Source: Chloroflexota bacterium
GTDB lineage: Bacteria; Chloroflexota; Limnocylindria; Limnocylindrales; CSP1-4
NCBI GenBank assembly: GCA_021787395.1
Contig: JAJYLZ010000010.1
Coordinates: 4,030 to 68,029 of the forward strand
Length of the DNA: 64,000 nucleotides
Direction of reading: 5' to 3'
Both the position numbers and the translations under genes were made by a program. This document shows, one piece after another, positions 10,307 through 17,886 of the stretch. The first letter of the stretch is position 1, and each line of letters starts with the position of its first letter. Below the pieces are notes generated by a model that saw nothing but the letters and a program-made list of their open reading frames with translations, made no database searches and was not told the DNA's origin.

Positions 10307-11196
10307 TGCGCTGCCTCGCCCAGCTCCGCCCGGGCCGCGGCGACCTCGTCGGCCGTGGCCGCCCGCGCGTGCCAGGCCGACGCGCCCTGCGTGAAGCTGA
10401 AGCCGCGGCCCTTGACCGTGCTCGCCAGGATGGCGGTCGGCGCCCCGCCGCCGGCCGCGGCCCTGGCAGCCTCGCAGGCGTCGATGATCTGGCCGAAGTC
10501 GTGGCCGTCGATCTCGAGGACGCGCCAGCCGAACGCCTCGAGTGCGGCCCGCGCCGCCACGTCGCCGAACGGGTCCCGCCGGTCGCCGCGGTGGGTCTCG
10601 CCCGGGCGGAGGGGCCAGCCGTACTGCTGCATGCCGTTGCGGTCCACGATCATCGTCAGGTTGCCGAGCCCGTACTTCGCGGCCACGGCGACGCTCTCCC
10701 AGACCTGGCCCTCCTGCATCTCGCCGTCGCCGAGCAGCACCCAGGTGTGGAAGTCGAGCCCGCGCAGCCGAGCGCCGAGCGCCATCCCCACGCCCACCGA
10801 GATCCCCTGCCCCAGCGAGCCCGTGGAGGCGTCCAGGCCGGGCAGCCGGGTCATGTCGGGATGGCCCTGGAGGCGCGAGCCGGCCTGGTCGAACGTGCGG
10901 AGCTCGTCCACGGGCAGGTAGCCGGCCAGGGCCATGGCCGTGTACAGCCCGATCGCGGAATGCCCCTTGGACAGGACGAAGCGGTCGCGGTCCGGCCAGT
11001 CCGGCTGGTCGGGCCGGATGCGCATCACGCGCAGGTACAGCGCCACCAGCAGGTCCATCGCTGAGAGGGGCCCGCCGACGTGGCCGGCGCCGGCTGCATT
11101 GGTGCTCTCGAGGACCAACAGGCGGCCGCGTCGAGCGAGCGCCTCGAGGTCGGCGTGGGCGCCGGGGCCTGGCGAGGCGGGAGGCGTGGCGGGCAT
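10303..11196 (-). CDS. Transketolase, N-terminal (ThDP-binding) subunit
   Basis: Motifs: GHVGGPLS, DRFVLSKGHS, GSLGQG, LGDGEMQEGQVWE. I prefer ATG 11196, which follows GAGGAG, over ATG 11226 in the track. Confidence 0.88.
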   Translation of the reverse strand: MPATPPASPGPGAHADLEALARRGRLLVLESTNAAGAGHVGGPLSAMDLLVALYLRVMRIRPDQPDWPDRDRFVLSKGHSAIGLYTAMALAGYLPVDELRTFDQAGSRLQGHPDMTRLPGLDASTGSLGQGISVGVGMALGARLRGLDFHTWVLLGDGEMQEGQVWESVAVAAKYGLGNLTMIVDRNGMQQYGWPLRPGETHRGDRRDPFGDVAARAALEAFGWRVLEIDGHDFGQIIDACEAARAAAGGGAPTAILASTVKGRGFSFTQGASAWHARAATADEVAAARAELGEAAQ

Positions 11197-11268
11197 GCGC
11201 AGCTCCTCGATGGTCGGCCGCCGCATTCACCGGCGACGGCTTCCATGTTCCCAGATTCCAGCGTACAA

Positions 11269-11282
11269 TGCAATCGATTACA
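11269..11282. promoter_or_regulatory. LacI-type operator candidate TGCAATCGATTACA
   Basis: It fits the LacI-family consensus TGnAAnCGnTTnCA. It lies in the transketolase/LacI divergent gap, flanked by TACAAT (11264-11269, plus strand) and TGTAAT on the minus strand. Confidence 0.55.
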
Positions 11283-11356
11283 CCACGACGTCCCCGCAGC
11301 CCGCCGGCGGCAGCGCGCCTCCTGCCTTGACGGGACCGAATGCGTCATCTAGGCTG

Positions 11357-11370
11357 CGAAATCGATTACG
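11357..11370. promoter_or_regulatory. LacI-type operator candidate CGAAATCGATTACG
   Basis: A second AATCGATT-core site, 88 nt from the first and upstream of the LacI gene. Confidence 0.45.
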
Positions 11371-11514
11371 TCCGCACGGCGCATGGGGTCGCCGCCCGGG
11401 GGTGGACGAGGGTCGCGAGGCTCGGGAGGGTTTCGGGATGCGGCGCATGCGAACAGCGGCGGCGGCCGATGGCCCGGTCCGAGGGTCGGGCGCCCCCATC
11501 GGGACGGTCGCCCC

Positions 11515-12558
11515 ATGAGCGATCGCGGCGCTCCGGCCACCATCCGCGACGTCGCGCGGCGGGCGGGGGTGTCCACGGCCACTGTGAGCCGCGTCCTGGC
11601 GGGGATCGGCAACCCGCGAACGGAGACCGCGGACGCGGTGATGGCCGCCGTCGTGGCGCTCGACTACCGCCCGTCGGCGGTGGCCCGGTCGCTGCGGATG
11701 CGCCGGACCAACACCTTCGGGCTGATCGTGACCGACATCCAGAACCCCTTCTTCCCCGAGCTCGTGCAGGCCGCCGACGACGCCGCCCGCGGGGTGGGCT
11801 ACTCGATCCTGCTCGGGTCGGCCGCCTACGACGAGCACCGGGCGGTGCACTACCTCGACCTCATGGCCGACCGGCGCGTGGACGGGATGATCGTCGCCTC
11901 GAGCCGGGTCTCGGACGAGAGCTGGCGCTGGCTCGCCGCCAGCCCGGTTCCGGTCGTGGTGGTCAACGCGGAGCCCGCCAACGTGCCGATCACGGTCATC
12001 ACCAGCGACAACCGCGGCGGGATGCAGCTGGCCGCCGAACACCTCGTCGGGCTCGGCCACCGGCGCATGGCCTACGTCCGCGGCGAGGAGGGCATCACCG
12101 CGGACCAGCCGCGGGTCGAGGGCTTCCGGGCCGCCTGCCGGGCGGCGGGCATCCCCGCCTCGGACATCGTCGAGCTCCACGGCAACGCCCAGTTCGAGGG
12201 CGGCGAGCGGGCCGTGGCCGAGCTGGTGCGCAGCGGCCTGGACGTCACCGCGATCGCGTGCCACAACGACATCACCGCCATCGGCGCCCTGCGCGCGCTC
12301 CGGGCCGAGGGCGTCCGCGTTCCCCACGACGTGAGCGTCATCGGCTGCGACGACATCGCCGCGGCGTCGTGGGTCGTCCCCTCGCTCACCACCGTCGCCC
12401 AGCAGAAGGCCGAGATGGGGCGGATGGCCGTCGAGCGCCTGCTCGCCATGCTCGACGCCGGCGTGGGCGGCATCGCCCCCGCGACCATCCGCGTCCCGAT
12501 GGTCCTCCAGGTGCGCGAATCCACAGGACCGGCCCCGACCGGAGGCGTGCGGCCCTGA
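11515..12558 (+). CDS. LacI-family transcriptional regulator
   Basis: Start moved to ATG 11515. The N-terminus ATIRDVARRAGVSTATVSRVL is the LacI HTH, followed by a periplasmic-binding-protein-like sugar domain. Confidence 0.9.
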   Translation: MSDRGAPATIRDVARRAGVSTATVSRVLAGIGNPRTETADAVMAAVVALDYRPSAVARSLRMRRTNTFGLIVTDIQNPFFPELVQAADDAARGVGYSILLGSAAYDEHRAVHYLDLMADRRVDGMIVASSRVSDESWRWLAASPVPVVVVNAEPANVPITVITSDNRGGMQLAAEHLVGLGHRRMAYVRGEEGITADQPRVEGFRAACRAAGIPASDIVELHGNAQFEGGERAVAELVRSGLDVTAIACHNDITAIGALRALRAEGVRVPHDVSVIGCDDIAAASWVVPSLTTVAQQKAEMGRMAVERLLAMLDAGVGGIAPATIRVPMVLQVRESTGPAPTGGVRP

Positions 12559-12627
12559 CGAACTGCCGCCGCAGGCGGCCACCACAGACCAGCCGGCGAG
12601 GCCCGGCTTCGAGCGGAGACACAGCAC

Positions 12628-13527
12628 ATGGTTCGCGTCGCCAACGCCCCCTGCTCGTGGGGGGTGATCGAGGGCATCGAGGGCGAGACCGCCGGCTACG
12701 CCAAGGTCATCGACGAGATGGCCGAGACCGGCTACATCGGCACCGAGCTCGGCGACTGGGGCTTCATGCCCACCGACCCCGACCGGCTCAGGAGCGAACT
12801 CGACGCACGCGGGCTGGCGCTGATCGGCTCGTGGGTCAGCGTCTGGCTGCACGACAAGTCGAAGCACCGGAGCTCGGCCGACGACGCCGTCCGAACCGCC
12901 AAGCAGCTGGCGCGAGTGGGCGGCAGGGAGGCCGTCGTCGTCCTGGGCAACGACCCCTACGGCGACCCGCTCCGGACCAAGATCGCCGGCCGCGTCCGCC
13001 CGCAGGACGGCCTCTCCGACGAGCAGTTCCAGGTCCTCGCCGAGGGGGCCAACTACGTGGCCCGGCGGGTCTGGGACGAGGCTGGCATCCGGACCGTCGT
13101 CCACCAGCACATCGGCACCTGGATCGAGACCGAGGCCGAGGCGCGCAGGCTGTTCGACATGACCGACCCCTCGGTGCTGGGCCTGTGCCTCGACACCGGC
13201 CACTGGACGTTCGGCGCCGGGGGCGACCCGGTCGCCGCCGTCCGCGAGTTCCGCGACCGGGTCTGGCACGTCCACTTCAAGGACGCCGACCCGGCGATCA
13301 TGGCCGCCTCCCGCGCCGAGGAGCTCAGCGGCCCGGAGTCGGTGGGACGCGGCGTCTTCTGCGAGCTGGGCCGAGGCGAAGTGGACTTCCCGGGCATGCT
13401 CAGGGCCCTCGAGGACGTCGACTACCGCGGCTGGATCGTCGTGGAGCAGGACGTGCTCCCCGGCATGGGCAACCCCCGGGAGAGCGCCCGCCGGAACCGC
13501 GAGTACCTGCGCTCGATCGGCGTCTAG
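12628..13527 (+). CDS. Second IolE-like sugar phosphate isomerase/epimerase (TIM barrel)
   Basis: 299 aa. Motifs: [35 protein letters not shown]. It is a paralogue of the 5295-6164 product. Confidence 0.82.
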   Translation: MVRVANAPCSWGVIEGIEGETAGYAKVIDEMAETGYIGTELGDWGFMPTDPDRLRSELDARGLALIGSWVSVWLHDKSKHRSSADDAVRTAKQLARVGGREAVVVLGNDPYGDPLRTKIAGRVRPQDGLSDEQFQVLAEGANYVARRVWDEAGIRTVVHQHIGTWIETEAEARRLFDMTDPSVLGLCLDTGHWTFGAGGDPVAAVREFRDRVWHVHFKDADPAIMAASRAEELSGPESVGRGVFCELGRGEVDFPGMLRALEDVDYRGWIVVEQDVLPGMGNPRESARRNREYLRSIGV

Positions 13528-13646
13528 CCGGGGTTCGTTCGCGGCGCGGCGGCGGCGCAGGCCGGCTGCCCGCCCAGGCCATCTCGAGTCGTCGGCCGCC
13601 GTTCGGCGGCTGGGGGCCGAGCATCGCGGAATCGTCGGGCAGGCTC

Positions 13647-13902
13647 GGTCGTTCGCGAATCGCGGAACCATTCCGGGCGGGGCCGGGGGTCGTTCCGGGC
13701 GGGCTGGGCGCGTTTCCGGATCGTTCCGCGATTCGCGAACGATCTGGAAACGCAGACAACGACCCGGAACGCCTGCCCTGCCGAGGCGCGGCCCCGGCGA
13801 TAGGCCGATGGCCCGCCCATGGGCGCGCTCCGGGGCAACGGGGGGACCCCCCCCGGGGGGGGTGGGACCCCGGGCGCCGGATCGTTCCGCGATTCGCGAA
13901 CC
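13647..13902. repeat. REP-like palindromic repeat array B (3 copies of the same family as array A)
   Basis: Copies at 13647-13669, 13718-13744 (inverted relative to the first, 20 nt identical) and 13879-13902. The array is intergenic, between the convergent 3' ends of the TIM-barrel gene and iolA. Confidence 0.75.
13840..13874. repeat. G/C homopolymer palindrome G6-A-C8-G8-T-G3-A-C4-G3
   Basis: Read directly from the sequence. The C8G8 core is a perfect 16-nt palindrome. Confidence 0.7.
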
Positions 13903-14095
13903 ACCCGGAACCGCCGAGCTGGCAGACCACTAGCCAGGCGCCGGGCTCGGCTCGGGCAGGCGCCGGGCACGGCTCGGGCGCGGCGGGCCATGGCTCGGCG
14001 AGACCGGGCCACGTTCTGTCGGGCGCCAGCTCACAGCTCGGGCGGGCCGGCCCCAGCGACGCGGTCCGGCAGTCGGCAGCGGCCAGATACACGAA

Positions 14096-14118
14096 GGCGC
14101 CGTCGGGATGACGGCGCC
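14096..14118 (-). terminator. Hairpin terminator candidate downstream of iolA
   Basis: GGCGCCGTC-5 nt-GACGGCGCC gives a perfect 9-bp stem. On the minus strand it is followed by TTCGTGTATC. Confidence 0.5.
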
Positions 14119-14190
14119 TCGCGATGCTGCTGGCCGGAGACGCCCGGAGGGTCCGGGCGGCCCCGACCTCAGCGCGGGTTCAGCGGAGGC

Positions 14191-15717
14191 TCAGGAGTTG
14201 CCGGGGAAGACCAGCGAGAGCGGGCCCTCCTTGCCGGGCTCGGGCCAGCGCTCGGTGACCATCTTCTGCTGGGTCCAGAAGCGGACGCCGTCCTCGCCGC
14301 GCATCGGCAGGTCGCCGATCGCGGAGTCCTTGGCGCCCGCGAAGCTCATGAAGCCGGCCGGCACCGGGATCGGCACGTTGATGCCGATCATCGGCACGTC
14401 CACTTCGAGCTTGAACCGCCGGGCAGCGCCGCCGTTGGTCGTGAAGATCGCGGTGCCGTTGGCGTACTTGTGCCCGTTGATGAGGGCCAGGCCCTCCTCG
14501 TAGGTCTGCGCGTGGACGATGCCGAACACCGGGCCGAAGATCTCCTCGTTGAAGATCTTCATCTCGGGCGTGACGTTGTCGAACAGGGACACGCCGAGGA
14601 AGAAGCCGTCGGGGTTCGGGCCCTGGAACTTGCGCCCGTCCACCACCAGCTCCGCGCCCTCGGACTCGCCGACGCCGATCCACTTGACGATCGACTCGCG
14701 GTGCTCCTGGCTGTAGATCGGGCCCATGTCGGCGCCCGGCTCCATGCCGTCGGTGATCTTGAGCTTCGCGATCCGCTCCAGGATCTTGGGGCGCAGCCGC
14801 TCCCCGGTGTCGCCCACCGCGACCATCAGGGTCTGGGCCATGCACCGCTCGCCCGCGGAGCCGAAGCCCGAGGCGACCGCCGCGTCGGCGACCAGGTCCA
14901 GGTCGGCGTCCGGCAGGACGAGCATGGCGTTCTTGGCCGAGGTGTACGCCCCGACCCGCTTGCCGCGCTTGGTGCCCTCCTCGAACACGTACCGGCCGAC
15001 GGCCGTGGACCCGACGAACTGGATCGCCTTGATGTCCTTGTGCTCGACGATCGCCTTCACGGCCTCCTTGCCGCCGTAGACGATGTTGAAGGTGCCGGCG
15101 GGGCCGCCGGCCTGGCTCCACAGCTCGGCCTGGAGCTGGGTGGCGCCCGGCGTGTGGGAGGACGGCTTGAGGATGACCGTGTTGCCGGCCATCAGCGCGA
15201 TCGGGTAGATCCAGGTCGGGACCATGACCGGGAAGTTGAACGGCGTGATCGCCGCCGTGACGCCCAGCGGGACCCGGAGCGTCTCGGTGTCCACCTTGGT
15301 CGACACGTTGGGCGTGTTCATGCCCGACATGTGGACCGGCAGGCCGCAGGCGAAGTCGATGGTCTCGATGCCGCGGAGCACCTCGGCCAGGGCGTCGGGG
15401 AACGTCTTGCCGTGGTCGCGGGTGACCAGGCGGGCGAGCTCCTCGCGGTGCTCGTACATCAGCGCGCGGAAGTTGAAGAAGATGTTGCTGCGCGCGATGA
15501 GCGGCATGTCGCGCCAGGCCGGGAAGGCGGCCTTGGCGGCCTCGACGGCCGCATCAACCTCGGCCTGGCCACCGCGCGGCACGCGGGCGATCACCTTGCC
15601 GTTGGCCGGGTTGTAGACCGGGCCGGTCTGCTCGGGCAGGACCTCGACCGCGGTGCCGTTGATGTAGTGCGAGAGGATCGGCAGGACCGCCGCCTCGTTC
15701 GGGGTGTCGATGGCCAC
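14191..15717 (-). CDS. iolA: CoA-acylating methylmalonate/malonate-semialdehyde dehydrogenase
   Basis: 508 aa. Aldehyde dehydrogenase motifs: ITPFNFP, FVGST, GERCMA, EEIFGPV. The overall MmsA/IolA pattern includes the HYINGT N-terminus. Confidence 0.92.
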   Translation of the reverse strand: MAIDTPNEAAVLPILSHYINGTAVEVLPEQTGPVYNPANGKVIARVPRGGQAEVDAAVEAAKAAFPAWRDMPLIARSNIFFNFRALMYEHREELARLVTRDHGKTFPDALAEVLRGIETIDFACGLPVHMSGMNTPNVSTKVDTETLRVPLGVTAAITPFNFPVMVPTWIYPIALMAGNTVILKPSSHTPGATQLQAELWSQAGGPAGTFNIVYGGKEAVKAIVEHKDIKAIQFVGSTAVGRYVFEEGTKRGKRVGAYTSAKNAMLVLPDADLDLVADAAVASGFGSAGERCMAQTLMVAVGDTGERLRPKILERIAKLKITDGMEPGADMGPIYSQEHRESIVKWIGVGESEGAELVVDGRKFQGPNPDGFFLGVSLFDNVTPEMKIFNEEIFGPVFGIVHAQTYEEGLALINGHKYANGTAIFTTNGGAARRFKLEVDVPMIGINVPIPVPAGFMSFAGAKDSAIGDLPMRGEDGVRFWTQQKMVTERWPEPGKEGPLSLVFPGNS

Positions 15718-15762
15718 CAGTTGCCTCCAGTTGCGACGATTCGTTGGGGACGCGCCGCCGGC

Positions 15763-16857
15763 TCAGCCGGGCTTGGCGTCTGGGTTGGGAAGAACGATAT
15801 CCCTGACGACGCCCACGAGATCGTGGTACGACGCGATGAACCCGCGCAAGGTCCGCGCGGTCGCGCCATAGGTCACGAATTCAGCCGGGGTCAGGCCGTC
15901 TGGCTCGTACGCCCGCCGGAAGTCCGGGACCCGCTCGAGCAGGTCGTCGACCAGCGCCTGGTCGACCGGGACGTCGATGCGCGGGACCGGATCGATGCCG
16001 GAGCTGTTGAACCGGACCTGCCAGGCGTAGGGCATCGTGAGCACGACGTCCGCGCCGACGAGCTCGGTCCAGTGCAGGCGGTGGCGGTAGGCGGCCGCCA
16101 GCAGCCGCGTGCGGTAGCCGCGCTCGCGGTAGATGCCGTAGGCGCGCTTGAAGGCGGCGATGCCGGCCCAGCTCGACGCGGCCGGGTCGAGCGCGATCGA
16201 GTCCCGCTCGACGAGGATCTTCATCCAGTCGTCGAGCCGCCCCACCATGAGCGAGCAGACCGGCGACATCCGGCTCGAGTCGCCGCCGGCCGCCTCGAAC
16301 CGCCGGATCCCGCGCTCGACGGCCTCGGCGGCCGCGATGCACTGCGCCACGGTGAACACGACCGTCACGTTGGCGACCACGCCCCGGGCCGTGGCCTCCT
16401 CGACCGCCACCAGGCCCTCCGCGGTGCACGGGAACTTGACCTGGATGTTGGGGGCCAGGGTGCTGAAGTGGACCGCCTGCTCCACCATCCGGTCCGGAGT
16501 GCGGTAGTTGGCGGGGTTGGTCTGCAGCGACAGCCGGCCCTTCCTGCGGTCGTGCGCCTCGAACACCGGCTGCAGGATCGCGGCGCCGCGGACGCCCATC
16601 TCCTCGATCAGCTGCCAGGTGATCTCGACCTCGGACCAGTTGGGGTTCTGGGCGGCGATCTCGCGCACACGCGGGACCCAGTGGTCCTTCTCCTTCTTCA
16701 TCACCTCGCCGACGATCGTCGGGTTCGAGGTGGCGCCGGTCCCCCCGCGGGCGACCGCGTACTCCAGCTCGGCGACCGCGCAGGAGTCGTTCCAGAAGTC
16801 GGTCGGGGTGGTCTCGACCATCTTCGCGAGGGGGCTGGCGGCGGCAGTCAGGGTCAT
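15763..16857 (-). CDS. Transaldolase-family protein
   Basis: 364 aa. Motifs: FWNDS, GATSNPTIV, RLSLQTNP, IQVKFPCT (Schiff-base Lys context), NVTVVFT. The ATG overlaps the iolB stop by 4 nt. Confidence 0.88.
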   Translation of the reverse strand: MTLTAAASPLAKMVETTPTDFWNDSCAVAELEYAVARGGTGATSNPTIVGEVMKKEKDHWVPRVREIAAQNPNWSEVEITWQLIEEMGVRGAAILQPVFEAHDRRKGRLSLQTNPANYRTPDRMVEQAVHFSTLAPNIQVKFPCTAEGLVAVEEATARGVVANVTVVFTVAQCIAAAEAVERGIRRFEAAGGDSSRMSPVCSLMVGRLDDWMKILVERDSIALDPAASSWAGIAAFKRAYGIYRERGYRTRLLAAAYRHRLHWTELVGADVVLTMPYAWQVRFNSSGIDPVPRIDVPVDQALVDDLLERVPDFRRAYEPDGLTPAEFVTYGATARTLRGFIASYHDLVGVVRDIVLPNPDAKPG

Positions 16858-17753
16858 GCGGACGTGTCCTCCTGGGCCCGTGGCGCTGCCGGAGACCAGT
16901 TCATCAGCCAGGCGTGGTCCGGGTCGATCGTGAAGTGCCAGGCCCGGTTGGGGCCGGCCATGATGTTGAGGTAGTAGGCGTCGTACCCGGCCGGCGCACC
17001 GAACGGGTGGTAGCCCTCGGGGACGATCACGATGTCGCAGTCGCCCACCGCCATCGATGCGTCGAGCGAGCGGTCCGCGGTGTACACGCGCTGGAAGCCG
17101 AAGGCGCCCGGCCGGGCGAACCGGTAGAAGTAGAGCTCCTCGAGGTAGGCCTCGACCGGTGGGTTCTCGGTGTCGTGCTTGTGGGGCGGGTAGCTGCTCC
17201 AGTTGCCGCCCGGCGTGTACACCTCGAACGCGATCAGGCGGCCCGCCGCCATCTGTGGGTCGAGCAGGTGGTGGATCCGGCGGGCGGTCTGCCCCTCGCC
17301 CCGCGCCTCGACGAGGATCTCCTCGGGGGCGATGTACCGGGTGCTCCTGACGGGGCCGCCGGGCGCGGCCGCGACCACCACGAGGGCGTCGGACGCGGCG
17401 ACCACGCGGATCGCGTCGCCGGGCGCGGCGAGCACGACCGGCGCGGCCGGGCCGTCGAACACGCTGGCGCGCGAGCCGACCCGCTCCAGCTCGAGGCCGC
17501 CGGCGGTCACCGAGGCGTACCCCTCGAGCACCAGCACCAGGCGCTCCTGGCCGTCGGCGTCGCGGGAGATGGCCTGGCCCGGGGCCAGGCGGTGGACGGT
17601 CGCGGTCACCCAGTCCCAGCCGGCATTGTCGGGGTCGACGTGGCCGATCACGCCGTCGGGGTCCGGGCGGGCCGCGCGGCGGAGGAGGTGCCGCGCGGCC
17701 CCCGGGGGATTGCTGGCGGGGTTCGGGTTGCCGGCCGCTGGAACAGGGGTCAT
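16854..17753 (-). CDS. iolB: 5-deoxy-glucuronate isomerase
   Basis: Motifs GGNWSSYPPHKHD, YLEELYFYRF, GYHPFGAPAGYDAYYLNIMAGP are diagnostic of IolB. I prefer ATG 17753, which follows GAAGGAAG, over the track TTG at 17777. Confidence 0.9.
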   Translation of the reverse strand: MTPVPAAGNPNPASNPPGAARHLLRRAARPDPDGVIGHVDPDNAGWDWVTATVHRLAPGQAISRDADGQERLVLVLEGYASVTAGGLELERVGSRASVFDGPAAPVVLAAPGDAIRVVAASDALVVVAAAPGGPVRSTRYIAPEEILVEARGEGQTARRIHHLLDPQMAAGRLIAFEVYTPGGNWSSYPPHKHDTENPPVEAYLEELYFYRFARPGAFGFQRVYTADRSLDASMAVGDCDIVIVPEGYHPFGAPAGYDAYYLNIMAGPNRAWHFTIDPDHAWLMNWSPAAPRAQEDTSA

Positions 17754-17772
17754 CCGGACTTCCTTCACGCTC

Positions 17773-17786
17773 GGCAATCGATTACA
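17773..17786. promoter_or_regulatory. LacI-type operator candidate GGCAATCGATTACA
   Basis: The 12-mer GCAATCGATTAC is identical to the site at 11270-11281. It lies in the iolB/DapA-like divergent gap. Confidence 0.55.
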
Positions 17787-17886
17787 TGAGAATGATGACG
17801 CCCCTCTCGGGGGGCGTCAAGGGGCGACCCGACTTCCGGCCGTCGTGTAGCCTCGCGGGTGCAGGATGCTTCGGCACGGAGGCGGC

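Noticed and set aside
9374-11230. The single 618-aa ORF in the track, which would suggest a fused transketolase.
   Set aside because: The N-terminal 300 residues of that frame are junk. The real ThDP-binding subunit is in another frame (10303-11196), and the C-terminal subunit starts at GTG 10306 with a GTGA overlap. These are two genes, not a fusion.
5295-13527. The REP-bracketed iol module as a genomic island or mobile element.
   Set aside because: There is no integrase, transposase, tRNA attachment site or compositional break. GC content and codon style match the flanks. I kept the bracketing only as a recombination hypothesis in the findings.
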